Assembly (NCBI RefSeq): GCF_009834535.1
Contig: NC_045696.1
Span: 744,001 to 808,000, forward strand
Reading direction: 5' to 3'
Length of the DNA: 64,000 nucleotides
Source: Camelus ferus
Taxonomy: Eukaryota
Shown: piece after piece, positions 1 through 12,009 of the stretch
Numbering within the stretch: the stretch's first letter is position 1
Layout: each line of letters begins with the position of its first letter
Made by a program: the position numbers and the translations under genes
Notes under the pieces: model-generated
What the model was told of the DNA's origin: nothing
Databases searched by the model: none
Seen by the model: the letters and a program-made list of their open reading frames with translations, nothing else

Positions 1-241
1 GACAGCAGCCAGGTCTCGGCACGTCCACAACCGAGAGCCACTGGCACTGAAACCCTCATGACCAGAGGCATGAGGGGCTAGAACCCGTGAGGAGACCCTG
101 GTCAGCATGTCACTGGGAGGACGCGGCCTCCACACGCCCCCCCTGAGCAGAGAGCTGGAGCCGGGAGGGTGGAGGGGAGAGGAGGACGCTGTTCGTCTGC
201 ATGCAGGGGCGTTGTGGGGATGGGGACATAGGCCTGGGGCT

Positions 242-277
242 GGTGGGGGCCAGGTGGGGCCAGGTGGGGCCAGGTGG
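242..277. repeat. Short 10-bp tandem repeat (caggtggggc) x~3.5
   Basis: ggtgggggc caggtggggc caggtggggc caggtgg. Confidence 0.7.
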
Positions 278-1289
278 CTCCAGCTGACAGCAAGCGGGCA
301 GCTCTGCCCAGTGGCTGCTTCTCTCACCAGGAGTGGCTGTAACTCTCACGTGGGGCTGGGGACCCCAGAACTCCTTTCCAACATCAGCCCCAATGGGGAG
401 TTGAGGGTGTCCTGGCCAGGACACTTGGGGGTGCCCACTGGGTAGGGCCCAAGGCCCTGCAGCAAGCTCTGGGTCCTGCTCGGCTGCACCTCCCCACCCC
501 CCAGTAAGGGCCTCCTCTTCCCATTCACGGCCTCGGCAGGATGTGTGGGAAAGCGTGTCTTTCTATAGGAAGCATGGCTGGAAGGAGGTAAGTGGTGGAG
601 GCTGGACGGACAGGGCGAGACCAGGAGGGGAGGGCAGGTCACGGTGGCTGAGGTCACGCTAAGGAGGCAGGAACAAGAACCAGAGAACAGCGTCCAAGGG
701 CACGAAGCAAAACAGCAAGTAAAAGAAGGACAAAAACACAAAAGCAACAAAGGCTCTGATTCGCTCCTCAGTCCAAGGCAAGTGGAGGCAGAAAACAGGC
801 CGAGGCCCCGACGGCGACCCCGCAGGCCTCCAGGTGGTGGTGTCGCTCCCGAGAGCAACGGAAACCTCGTGCACCGACGTCTCTAGGCCCGTCAGACCTT
901 GGAGATTAATGGTTTTATCTGAGAATTCCTCACCCTGAGAAAAGGGTACATTTTTCTCTTCGAGTGTTTAAGGAGACAAAGAAAACCTCAGTAAATGTAG
1001 ACACTGCGTTCTGTAGTTTAAGTGCAAAAATACTGAAAAAAAAAATTAATAATGAAAATAGGGGGAAAGAATCTACAAGGAACCCCCACCAAACTCTCCA
1101 CTATTCACTGGTTTCAAATGAACCAAGGCTCCAGAGACAGGCTAATTAGAACATAATATATAAAGAAAAACACTAGAGCCGCTGGGACACGGTTAACCCA
1201 CACGTTGAAGAAGGTGCGTCTTAAAGCACCTGCCTCACCGAAGGTGACGGGTGGATGTGAACGAGGCTGATTTCCACGGTGGTAAGTGT

Positions 1290-1520
1290 GAAAACGAAAC
1301 TTACAACAGAAGAAAGGATTAATAAAAATAAACATGGAGCAACCGAAACAGAAACGTAACAGAACAGTGAGAAAATCTAAAAGCACATCTTTGGGGGAAA
1401 AAGGCAATAAAATAACTAGACACACTGGTAACTCCAGCGAGAAGAACAGACAGAGAAAGAAACACAGAATTTTAAAACGAGAAAAGGAAATAAGCACAGA
1501 CGAGAGGAAATGAAAGGCTG
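1290..1520 (+). mobile_element. Degraded L1 ORF2 fragment
   Basis: A-rich sequence resembling the L1 ORF2 'aaaattagaaatgaaaaaggaga...acagaaataaaaagg' region. Confidence 0.45.
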
Positions 1521-1949
1521 AGTCCGTCCAGACAAACAATGGGCCGAAGTGGAGGATCTTGGTAAACTGCCGAGCCTCGTCCACAGACCAGAGTCTGAGC
1601 AGGTCGGCTTCCGCCGGGGCCTGGGAGCCGCACCCGCGGGCGGCCGCTGCTCGCCCGGCAGCCCCTCCGCAGGCCCACGGTGCAGGTTTCAGCCGGGAAG
1701 CGGCCAGCCTGCCCCTGAGGGTCAGCGACAGCATAAGGGCCAGGCCCACACCTGCTGGGAGTCCAGGGAGGGGCCGGGAGGAGCCGGACAGCATGGGCTT
1801 GGGCCCATTTGCGTCTTACAGTCCTGTTGCAAGGGTCGGGGGTCCATGTGGTGGGAAGACTTTCTTTCCACTCTGTGTCGTTTGTTTTACCTGAACGTTT
1901 AAAAATCTAAGTACATGTGTTACCTTTTCAGGAAGAAAATAGTGTAAAT

Positions 1950-2890
1950 TGACAAGTGTTCATGGACGGATGACAAGATAAACAAAGCGTGGTCCGCCCA
2001 CACGACTGGACTATCATGTAGCCCCAGAAGGAAGGGGGTTCTGACACAGACCACCTCGTGGATGAGCCTGGAGGACGTGGTGCTCAGTGACACAAGCCAG
2101 GCATAGAGGACAGACACAGTTGGGTCCATTTCTGTGAGGTACCAGGAGGAGTCGGGGCCACAGAGACAGGAAGCAGACGGTGGGGGCCGGGGGCTGTGGG
2201 AGGCAGATGGGGACTTAGTGTTTAGTGGGGACAGAGTTTCAATTCGGGAGGATGGAAAGTTCTGGAGATGTGGAAGGTGTACGGGCACACAACAGTGTGA
2301 ATGTGCTTAATGCCACTGAGCTGAGCACTTAAAGACAGTTGAGATGGTCTGACAGATGGACTGGATAAAGAATATGTGGTATATACACACTATGGAACAC
2401 TACTCAGTCATAAAAAAGAATAAGGCAATGCCATTTGCAGCCACATGAATGGACCTGGAGATCATCATTCTAAGTGAAGTAACCAGACAAAGGAAAATAC
2501 CACATCACTTACATGTGGGATCTTAAAAAAAGACACAAATGGACTTGTTTACACAACAGAAACAGACTTAGAGATGCGGAAGATCAACTTATGGTTATCA
2601 GTGGGGAAGGGGTGGGAAGGGATAAATTGGGAGTTCGAGGTTTGCAGATACTGACCACTATATGTAAAATAGATGAACAAGGTCCTACTGTACAGCACAG
2701 GGAACTAGACTTAGCACCTTGCAATAGCCTACAATGAAAAAGAGCATGAAAAGGAACTTCTGCATGTACAGGTATGACTGAAACATGATGCTGGCTCCAG
2801 ATACTAGCGCCACATTGCAAACTGACTATACTTCAGCCAAAAAAGTTTGAGATGATAAGCGTTATGCTGTATATATTTTACCATAAAAAT
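1950..2890 (+). mobile_element. Old L1 3' end (L1MB-like), interrupted by a younger L1 at about 2348-2844
   Basis: Typical L1MB 3' motifs (ggacagagtttcaatt..gatggaaagttctggagatg; atgtgcttaatgccactga); the element resumes at about 2845 (ttatgctgtatatattttacca). Confidence 0.8.
2348..2844 (+). mobile_element. 5'-truncated younger (artiodactyl/camelid-type) L1 3' end
   Basis: ORF2 C-terminal motif (tggataaagaatatgtggtatata...ccatttgcag...atggacctggag), 3' UTR ending actgactatacttca + A-tail; degenerate TSD agtt(t)gagatg. Confidence 0.85.
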
Positions 2891-2903
2891 ATCACTTAAA
2901 ACC

Positions 2904-2993
2904 TTTTTTTAAATTTTAATGGAGGTACTGGGGATCGAACCCAGGACCTCATGCATGCTAAGCACGTGCTCTGCCCCTGAGCTAGACCCTCCC
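2904..2993 (-). mobile_element. tRNA-derived SINE (camelid type)
   Basis: Minus strand GGGAGGGTCTAGCTCAGGGG (A box)...GGGTTCGATCCCC (B box) + A-rich tail; TSD-like flanks cacttaaaacctt / cacctaaaaactt. Confidence 0.9.
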
Positions 2994-3007
2994 ACCTAAA
3001 AACTTCT

Positions 3008-3626
3008 TGAAGACTCAGGTCTGCTCACCCGCTGGGCAGCAAAGCCACCAACACCAGGTGGTGGTGAAGGAAGCACAGCGTTTACTGCAGGCGCCCAGCA
3101 AAGAGAACGGGCAGCTCGTGCTCAGAGGACCCGAGCTCCCTGACGGCTTTTGAGGAAGGGTTTTTAAGGACGGTGAGGGAGGGGGCCGCAGGCTGTGCGA
3201 TCAGCTTGTGCGCATTTCCCTGACTGGCTGGTGGTGAGGGAGCCGTGCTGTTGGGACTCGCAGTCATCAGCTTCTGGTTCCAGTTGGTCTGGGGTTTGCG
3301 AGCTGGTGGGTGGCGTGCAGCCAACCCCACCGCCCCACTGGGGTTTCAGTAGCTGCAAAACAGCCCAAGGGTGCAGCTCAGGACATCATCTCCAGCCCTG
3401 AAGAGGAGCTAATGGTCCATGACTTTGTTTTATGGCTAAACTACGATTATTTGGTCCTGCTTGACTGTTCCTTTGTTCCTGCGTTTCCTCATCTCTGATT
3501 AAATTCGTCCTTTGGAGCTTGGGGAAGTTCTGGAAGGCTGAGGCTTTTCTGCGGACAAGATGCGGGGGACACTGGGAGGTGGGAGTCTGCTCCTGGGAAG
3601 GCCCCGCAGGCTCCTGCTTCGTTTCA
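3008..3626 (-). mobile_element. Solo LTR, ERV1-like (MER21/MER39-group resemblance)
   Basis: TG...CA bounded segment with recognisable LTR text (gcagctcgtgctcagaggacccgagctccctgacggc; ends ctcctgcttcgtttca). Family assignment is from memory. Confidence 0.65.
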
Positions 3627-3785
3627 GTAATGCTGGTGGGTGCACAGTTAATAGACCAGGTCTAGGGTCAACATAACTTCTGGATGCCCTGGGAAACCAG
3701 AAAATTCCTGTCTCGCTTTATCGTGTCATTTGTTTATTGCGGTGGTCTGGAACCGGACCCACAGTACCTCCAAGGTCGGCCTGTA
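3627..3785 (+). mobile_element. Tigger1 DNA transposon 3' terminus
   Basis: gggaaaccagaaaatt...tttattgcggtggtctggaaccggacccacagtacctccaaggtcggcctg-ta matches the recalled Tigger1 end and its TA target site. Confidence 0.85.
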
Positions 3786-6218
3786 GATGACTTTCTGGCA
3801 AAGACAGAATTACGAGGTGGAGCACAGATCGTGGCCTCCGTGGATGGAGAGGATGGAGGCATGAAGGAGCCTGTGTGGTGACCAGCCAGTGTGAGTCTTG
3901 AGTGACGGTGCCTTTGTCAAAACTCACAGAACTGAGCACCACGGAGAGTGGATCTTAGAGTAGATAAGCTTAAAATAAAAATTTAAAGAGGCAGTGATTC
4001 TGGAGGAGACACTGGGAGAGCTGCTCCAGGCTGAAGAAGACGAGGAAACATGGGCCGAAGTGCTGTGTGAGCCCAGACGGATCCGCTCCAGGAATTCGTG
4101 GCTGCTTGCGACACCCTCAGGGTCACTGGGATGGGGGTGGTGCCTGTGGACAGGGAACCGGGAGAGCTCACGTGCACACTCTTGGCGGAGATGAGCTGCT
4201 TCTGTGTCTGTGCAAGAGGACGCCCTTGCTCCTAGGAGAAAAGGAGATTGCCGCTGGCAGGGTCCAGGGAGCAGCGTCAGGGGCCGCGAGTTCCTCTCAC
4301 ATCCTGGGGGAGGGAGACTCGGAGGCGGAGGCAGAGGAAGGGCTCCAGCCAACCTGGCATGACACTGCAGGAGTTTTTTGTCATACTTTTTCAAGTTTTC
4401 TGTGTGTTTCATATTTTATGATAGAAAGTATATATTTTTGAACGTCATGGCGATAAAGAACTCTAAACACGTCTTAACATCTGGGACTGAAATTAAACGC
4501 TAGATCCCTAAGCCAAAATAATTCAACAGCAGTTTTCCGATCACTCCTTCCAAGCTGGATGGGTGTGTTTACTGTTAACAGGCTCAGCGTCTGCTTGGAA
4601 AGTTCTAGAAACCGAACCCAGAGCCACTTTGTCCACAAACGTGCTTCTGTCCTTTGCGGTGGGCTGCAAGGCACGGGCAGGGAACTTCTGCAGCTGCAGG
4701 TGTGGCTGGGCAGCTCCTGGCCCTCAGGCGCCTGGGAGGGGGCGGTCCCAGAGCCGAGGCCCCGAGGTAGCGCCCCCCACCACGGAGGGAAACCTGGGGG
4801 CTCCGGGAAAGGAGCGAGTGGGAGCTGCCAGTTTCCACCACTAGGCTGACCACCAGGTGACCAGCCTCGCCTCCCACTCGGGCTCACCTTCCTCTGGAGC
4901 TTGCAGGCTCAGAAGGCTCTCCTTCTGAGGCTGAATGCCCTGGAGAGATCAGTGACTTTTTCTGTTCAAGCTTCGCCAGTGTCCCCCAAACCAGGACTGC
5001 ACAAGTCATTGCCACCTTAAGTGTGCAATCTGGAAAACTTCTTTTTCTTGCAAATCACAAGTATCCCTAAGAAAACATGGTGCCTCTTCTGTAAACGACT
5101 TCCTTCAAATCCCACCGGCACACACGCAGGGCCCTCGGAGGGATTTTTACCCATAAACGGAGGCCACCTCTTCCTGTTAATTGTAGTCCAGAAACTGAAG
5201 CGGGAAAGCGGTGCCTAAATTGTGTCCAGGAAGGCCGCCCCGGGGTGGGGGTGGCGACGCCGGGACCCTCCCTGGCTGGGGCTGCTTGGTCCTCCCTGGG
5301 GAGGGGCGCGAGGGGTGCGGTGCCACGCGGCACAGCTCCCGTTCCCTTGGCTTCGCTCCTGGAGTTTTTCACTGGATGGAGGCTCGGCTGCTGGTTTGAC
5401 ACAGTTTGAAAGCTGGGGCTCTCCGGGCCTTGGGGCCTGCGTGCTGAGCGCCTTCCCCTCCTCTCCCACCCAGCGGCACCGGCTCCTGGCCGCAGGAGGG
5501 AGCACGAAGGGGCGCAGGGAGACGGGCCCCAGGTGAGCAGCAGCCCCTGCGCTCCCGGGGTGGGGGTCGGGGGTCCCTGAGGAGGAGCAGAGCGCGCTGG
5601 CCCCGCCCCCGCCCAGGCGTCGGGGTTGGTGGGGGGCCCCTGCTGCAGCCAAGATGGACCCCAGAGCCCCACAAGGTTTCCGAAGATCAGAGCCTGGTGT
5701 CAGGACGCCGACCACAGGGAGCCGCCTCCTCGCTGCCCACGGCCCGGCCCCCGAGGCAGCGGCTAGACCCCCCCTCAGCAGTCTTCTGGGTCCTTGCTGG
5801 GTCCGCCGCCTAAATCGCGAACGTTTCCCACAGACGTGATGGCTCACTGGCCTGTCTCATCCTCAGGGACACAGCTCCTTGCAATGCTTTCTTGCCTGGG
5901 AGAAGCCCAAACTCCCGTGGCTCTGACAGGGAAGTTTTATGGAATCTCACATGTTTGTGACTGATCTAAATCACCTGTATGTCAGAGAGAGCGCACAGGA
6001 ACTAATTTATCACAGAGAAGGTCCATCAGGAGGACATCTATTAGTAGAATTCATTGTATGAATAGCTCCAAGGAGAAAATCAGGAGAAATTAAAAAAGCG
6101 TTTAGCAAAATTCAAGAGCCGTTACCGACCGAAGAGAAGAAGCTACGAAACAGGAGCAAACGGGCACTTAAATGCTCGGGTGACTTTATTTCATTCTTTA
6201 TAGGAGTGTTTTCACTAC

Positions 6219-6348
6219 TTTTTATCTTTTGGAGGCGGGCAACTAGGTTTATTTATTTACTATTGTTTTTAACGGAGGTGCTGGGGATTGAGCGCAGGAC
6301 CTCGTGCCCGCTAAGCATGTGCTCCACCACCGAGCTGTGCCCTCCCCC
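6219..6348 (-). mobile_element. tRNA-derived SINE (camelid type, long tail)
   Basis: Same head as the 2904-2993 copy plus a taaataaataaacctagttgcccgcctcc tail; tactttt on both flanks. Confidence 0.88.
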
Positions 6349-6689
6349 TTGGATACTTTTTTAATATAAAAAATCACAACCTACCTCAGCGCGTAGGCCA
6401 GCGCCATGGTTACGGGGGAAACAGGAGAGGGGTCCGGGAGAGTGAAGCCGGGGGAGGGGCGCCACCACGGGCCCCCCCCCCCCCCCGGCGTGTGGTCCTA
6501 GTGACTGGCATCAGGGAACGGGAGAGAAGCAGACGCGAGCACGGCGGCAGAGCCCGCCGCCCGGGGCACTGGCCACGCGCTGTGTTACAGGGCCCGGTGC
6601 AGCCCTCACACGCTGCCCAGCGCCTCACGGGCCTCCGCGCTTCACGTGCAGTTCACCCGGCCCCCACCCGCCTCCTCCAGGCAGGTGTG

Positions 6690-6745
6690 GTGCTGTCACC
6701 ACTCTACAGACGCGGGAGTGAGGCACAGAGGCCAAGCACCGGGCC
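6690..6745 (+). mobile_element. MIR core remnant
   Basis: actctacagacgcgggagtgaggcacagagg resembles the MIR core ttttacagatgaggaaactgaggcacagagagg. Confidence 0.45.
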
Positions 6746-6939
6746 CGAGCTGGACTGAACTCTGGCCGCCTGTCCCAGAGGCACGGGGAGTGCACAGGGA
6801 CTGTCGGGCGGGCAGCAGGACACAGGACTGACGGACGGGAACCTGTCGTTTTCATGCAGGTAAGCTGCAACCAGGAAGAAAACATAATGGAAGGGAAGTC
6901 CCCGTTTCAGCAGCAGCAGGAATGAACAAATACTAGGAA

Positions 6940-7499
6940 TAAAAGTAACAAGACGCGTGCAAGATCCAGACGGGGAGAAACGTGCAAAAAGCCACGACAA
7001 GACACAAGAGCAGCATCGGGGCAAGCGGACGGTGAGCCGCGCCCCTGGGACGGCGGGCTCCTCGCAGGAGCTGCCAGCTCTCCAACCTACACATTTGGTG
7101 CACTTCCAATAAAAATACAACTGCTTTCATTTTGGAACAGGCAAGCTTATTTGAAAGTTTGTAGGGAAAACAAAAGACAAGAAAATCCTTGAAAGAGAAG
7201 AGCAATCATGGGTATCAGCTCTGTCAACGACACTACAAAGTCAGAAATGCGCACACTGTGAACTGACGCGAACAGACTGGCCGACAGGCCCCACTGGGAG
7301 GCTTGAGACAGACGGACACCCAGGGTTCGCACGTGCACAGGCGCCATCTCAGGGCAGGGGGACGAGTCAGACCAGCACACTGGGACACTGGGGTGGCCAT
7401 CAGGAGAGAAAGCTGGGCCCATATCCTTCACTGTATCCTTAGATACAGTCTGTTCAGAGCTAAGATTAATTTCAGTCCTTAAACCAGAAGTGAGACCAG
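6940..7499 (+). mobile_element. Old L1 ORF2 remnant; appears to continue at about 8592-8950
   Basis: ccaataaaaataca...gcaagcttatttgaaagtttgtagggaaaa...aatccttgaaagagaagagcaa is L1 ORF2-like. Confidence 0.65.
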
Positions 7500-8591
7500 T
7501 GTTACCGTCCTGCCGGCTCCCTCCTTGACGGCTTGTGTGCCCTTGTCCAGCGCTTCTCCTTGCCAGAGCTTCGCATTGAGAGTAATTTGAGTTGCACCCT
7601 GACAGTCTGGGCCCAGACGGCTGCAGCTCTGGCTCCGGGCTGACTAGACTCTCCGAGACCAGGCACGTGTTTTCTTGGCCCCCAGAGTAAACTCCAAGGG
7701 GCAAAAGAAATTTACTTTCACTGACTCTCTTCCTTGATATCTTGTGTCATGTTTTTCTGGTTCTTGGTCGAGTTTGGCTGGTGGCGTGCAGGCTGGGCTC
7801 GGATGAAATGCGGTGGGCAGCTCGGACCACTAGGTGGTGGGGTGGGGCAGAGGTGGGGGTGCCCGTGGGGAAGGGGTGTGGAGAACTTTGGATGAATTGG
7901 TGAGGAATGGAACCAAGCTCCAGGCTTCAGCATCTCTGTTGAGCCAGCAGGGACCGACCTGACACCAGAGGTCCTCTCCCTCTGAGACCAGCCCAGGCCT
8001 TTCCCGTGCTGGGCTAGTGGCCGGTGGCTCCCACTCAGGCTGTGTTCTGGGAGAGAGAGTGACCGGGAGAGCCCCTCCCTGCCGCCACACAAGGGGGTGA
8101 GCAAGGTGTGGTCAGCTCCCTCCTCCAGGCTGGCTCCCCAAGTCCCTCGGGAGCAGCAGTTCCCTCCAAGGCTGCTGTGGCATTGTCCCTCTGGTCATAG
8201 TTCCTGGAGCACCACGGCTGGGTCACCAGCAAGGCCAGAGCCTCAGGCTCGCCTCCCTCCATCCCTCCATTGGCTCAGCCCCCTGGTGCACCCAGCAGCA
8301 TTGCCAGGCCATTCCAACCAGCTGGGAAGACACAGGGTCTCAGCCCAGCACCAGGACCCTCCCTCTGTGCTCAGGACTCTGTCCGCCTCCTCCAAGAGCC
8401 CTGCTCTCTCACTGGTCCTGTGAGAGTGCGAGGCTCCTCCGCTTGGGTTGGAGACAGCTGGTTGCATTCGACACAAATCCGCACAGTTGGGGAAATTTAT
8501 AAGGAACAGGGCTGCTCTGAAGCCACATGTGATCTGAGGAGCGTAAGTGCATTAACACACTTTCAGTCTTACTTGTCTCTGATAAGTGACA
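7500..8591. mobile_element. Probable LTR element inserted into the L1 remnant
   Basis: About 1.1 kb segment starting TGTTAC and ending TGACA that interrupts L1-like sequence; no clear TSD. Confidence 0.35.
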
Positions 8592-9139
8592 ATTAAAAGC
8601 TGACAGGAGCAGGATCTAAAATAATGGAAGCGCATTTCCTAGAACTACAGAGAGACGGGGTCCCTGCCACTGACGGCGCGCAGAGGTGCCAAGGCCACGC
8701 GGAGGCGAGGCCGCGGGAGAGAGGTCACGCCTGGGTGCTTCGTGGCAAAGCGTGGACATTCCGGAGGAGAGAGAGCAGCTTCGCCGAAGAACAAGAACCA
8801 GGTTCACAGAAGTGACACACAGTGTGAGTTCCTGGCGTGCAGCAGGGTGACTGGACTTCCACGCATCGCGAAACGAGCCCACAGCAGGTTTAGTGAACCT
8901 CCGTCAGCTCAGGCAGATACAAAGTTAAAGAAATAGAAAAACACTCTCCCTTGGGATGAGGACTCAGGGTTTTCTCAGCAGTTCTCACGGAGCGCACGGC
9001 GAGGTTAGTCGTATAGACCGTGCACATTGCGTCCCCAGGACTGACTGAATCCCGTAACCGAACGCCCGCAGCTTCTGACTCCTCTCACCAGCCCCCACCC
9101 GCAACCCCGGCCCTGTAACCGCCAGTCTGACCTCCTCTT

Positions 9140-11860
9140 CTTTACGTTGTTCGTTTCTGAAGAATAACTGAGCTACAGCGCTGTATAGTTCCTCTTGCAC
9201 AGCATAGTGATTCGATGTTTCTACGTATTTCACACTGGTCACCACGTAAGTCTAGGCCCCGTCCGTCCCCACACAAGATGCTACATGGCTGCTGACTTCT
9301 CCTCACGCTGCGCATTCCTGACCTGGACTCAGGTACTTTGTAACTGGAAGTTTCTGCCTCTTAATCTCCCTCAACTGTTTATCCCCCCACCCCCCCGCCC
9401 ATCTCCCTCCTCTCTGGCAACCACCTGTGTGTTCTCCGTATCTGTAATTCTGTTTCTGTTTTGTTAAGGTTGTTCTTTTTTTCAGATTCCACATATAAGT
9501 GAGAGCATACGGTCCGTCTTCCTCTGATTTGCGTCCCTTAGTGTGATGCGCTCTAGCTCCTTCCGCACCGCGCCAAGTGGCAAGGTTCTCTTCTTTTTCA
9601 CCTGCGTGCACCCAGACGCATGACTGCAGCTTCTTTATCCGTCCATCTATTGACGGGCCTTGGGTCGCTTCCATAGCTTGACCATTTGAATACCGCTGCC
9701 ATGAACATAGGGGTGAATGCATCTTTCTGATTAGTGTTTTTCCCTTTGGATAAATCCAGAAGCAGAATTGCTGGGTCATATGGTGGTTCTATTTTCAATT
9801 TTTTGGGAAACCGCCACATTGTTTTCCACAGTGGCTGCACCAGTTCACATTCCCACCAACAGTGCCCGAAGGTTCCCCTTTCTCCACATTCTCATCAATA
9901 CTTGACAGCAGCCATCCAGCAGGTGTGAGGTGACACCTCACTGCGGTTTTGATTTGCGTCTGCCTGATGACCAGTGCTGCTGAGCATCTTTTCATGTGCC
10001 TGTCGGCATCTGATGTCCTCTTTGGATAAACGTCTGTTTAGGTCGTCTGCTCATTTCCACTCAGGTTGTTGTCTACACGTCGTATCATGTCATCTGCAAG
10101 CGGTGACAGCTTAACGTCTTCTTTTTCAGTTTGGATTCCTTTTATTTATTCTTTGATTTCTTCAGTGACCCACTGAATGTTTAGTAGCATTTTTTAAGTC
10201 TCTACACATTCGTGGGTTTTTTGCAGTTTTTTGTTTGTAGTTGGTTTCTAGTCTCATAGTGTTGTAGTTGGAAAGGTCGCTTGATATGATTTCAATTTTC
10301 TTAAAATTACCAAGAGCTGTTTTGTGGCCCAGCCACAAAGGCGTTCCATGTGCACTTGGGCAGGCTGTGTGTTCTGCTGCTCTTGGATGGAAAGCTCTAC
10401 ATACATGTTACATCCACGTGATCTAACGAGTCATTTAAGGCTGGCACTCCCTTACGGGCCTTCTGTCTGGACGGCCTGCCCACCAATGCTGAGGCTGTTA
10501 AAATGGGTGCTTTTGTCGGAGGCACCCTGCACATCCCAGGAGCAGCCTCCCCTCTGGCCCCCAGAGCTTTGTGCTCTGAGCATAGCCTGCGTGGGCTGCC
10601 TGGGCCCCTCTGTCGGGGGTGGGCTGACTCTTGCGGGAGGGCTGGGGGAGGCGTGGCTGGCCCCGTCTGGCTGGCTGCCAGGCCCTGCCTTGTGCGGGGC
10701 TTGCTGCCTGCTGGGGGTGGGGCTGGGTCACGGGGCTGCTGGCTGCAGGGCCCAGGGTGGGTCCTGGATCTGGTGTCAGTCTGCTGGTTGGCAGGGCCGG
10801 TTCCTGACACCGCTGGCTGTGGAGTCTGGGGTGTCCCAAAGCTAGTGCTGACTCGCTGGTGAGTGGGGATGAATGACTGAGCTGTCCTAGCTGACTTGGA
10901 ACTGCTGTCAGCCTGCTGGTGGGTGGGATCAGGACCCGGGGGCTCAGGGAATCCCAGTGCTGGTGGCTGCCCTCTGGTGGGTGAGGCTATTTCCTGGGGT
11001 CTCTGGTCACAGGACCTCATGGTCTGGGAGGTGGCACTGGCCCACTGCTGAGGGGGCCAGGCCCAGGTGTCCGTGGGCCAGCGCTGGCTCACTGGCAGGC
11101 AGAGCCGCTCTCAGAGCCTCTGGCTGCTCGCAAACCAGTGTGCACGCTGGGTCCTGGGCCCCAGTGGTAAGTGTGAGACCGGGGAGGCTGTGGGCTGCTG
11201 GGTAGGGCTGCGTCCCTGCCCCGCTGGCTGCTTGGCGGACGTGTCCCAGGACAGGCGCTGGCAGGCTGGTGGGTGGGGCTGCGACCTGACCCTAACAAGC
11301 CGGAGGGAGGACTCCATAACAGGCCCTCGTGGTGGGAGGAGCTCCCCAAAACGGCCGCCCCAGTGTCTGGGGCCCCAGGTGAGCTCCAGCTGCCTCCCGC
11401 CTCTCTGGAGACTCCCTAGGATCAGTTGCTGGGTCTGATCCAGGCTCCCCCCGGGTCCCGGAGGGTGTGAGATTTTGTGTGCATCCTTTAAAAGTGGAGT
11501 CTGTTTCCCACTGCCCTCTGGCTCTCCTGACAGTAAGTCCCACTGGCCTTCAAAGCCAGACATTCTGGGGGCTCGTCTTCGCAGAACAGAACCCCTGGGC
11601 TGGGGAGCCCCTGTGGGGTGCGGCCCTCTGGCCTCCTGTCTGTGGGGCGCCCACCCAGGGGGCGGGGCTTGGCCCACAGGGCGGGGCTTTCTCTCTCGCT
11701 GTGGCTCCTTCTTTGTGTCTTTCGTGGTGGAAGGTCTTTTCTGCTAGTCGTCCAGTCTTTATCATCCTGAGCTGCTCTGTAAACAGCTGTCGTGCTGCTG
11801 TGCCCAGGGGAGGAGCTGAGCTCAGGGTCTCCCTGCTTCACCACCTTGGCCCCTCCCCAC
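9140..11860 (-). mobile_element. Antisense L1 (L1MA9/laurasiatherian-like) retaining 5' UTR and 3' end, with large internal deletions
   Basis: 3' UTR and ORF2 C-terminus at 9140-10060 (ORFs 9598..9840 and 9795..9995 read as L1 ORF2: [21 protein letters not shown]); endonuclease-region fragment at about 10150-10500; GC-rich 5' UTR ending GGAGGGGCCAAGGTGGTGAAGCAGGGAGACCCTGAGCTC at about 11857. Confidence 0.8.
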
Positions 11861-12009
11861 TCCAGACGTCTCCCCAGCAGCGGCAGAAGGAGGAGGATGG
11901 CGTCCTTTGCCTTTAACGCTGTGAACTGGAATTCTACATCCTGGCCAGATGGATGGGCCACAAGATCAGCGTCAGGGACATCATGAATTCCTGCTGTGAT
12001 GTGACACAC

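Noticed and set aside
2904..2993. tRNA-like A/B boxes (also at 6219-6348 and 48778-48898)
   Set aside because: A-rich tails, TSD-like flanks and divergence mark them as SINEs, not tRNA genes.
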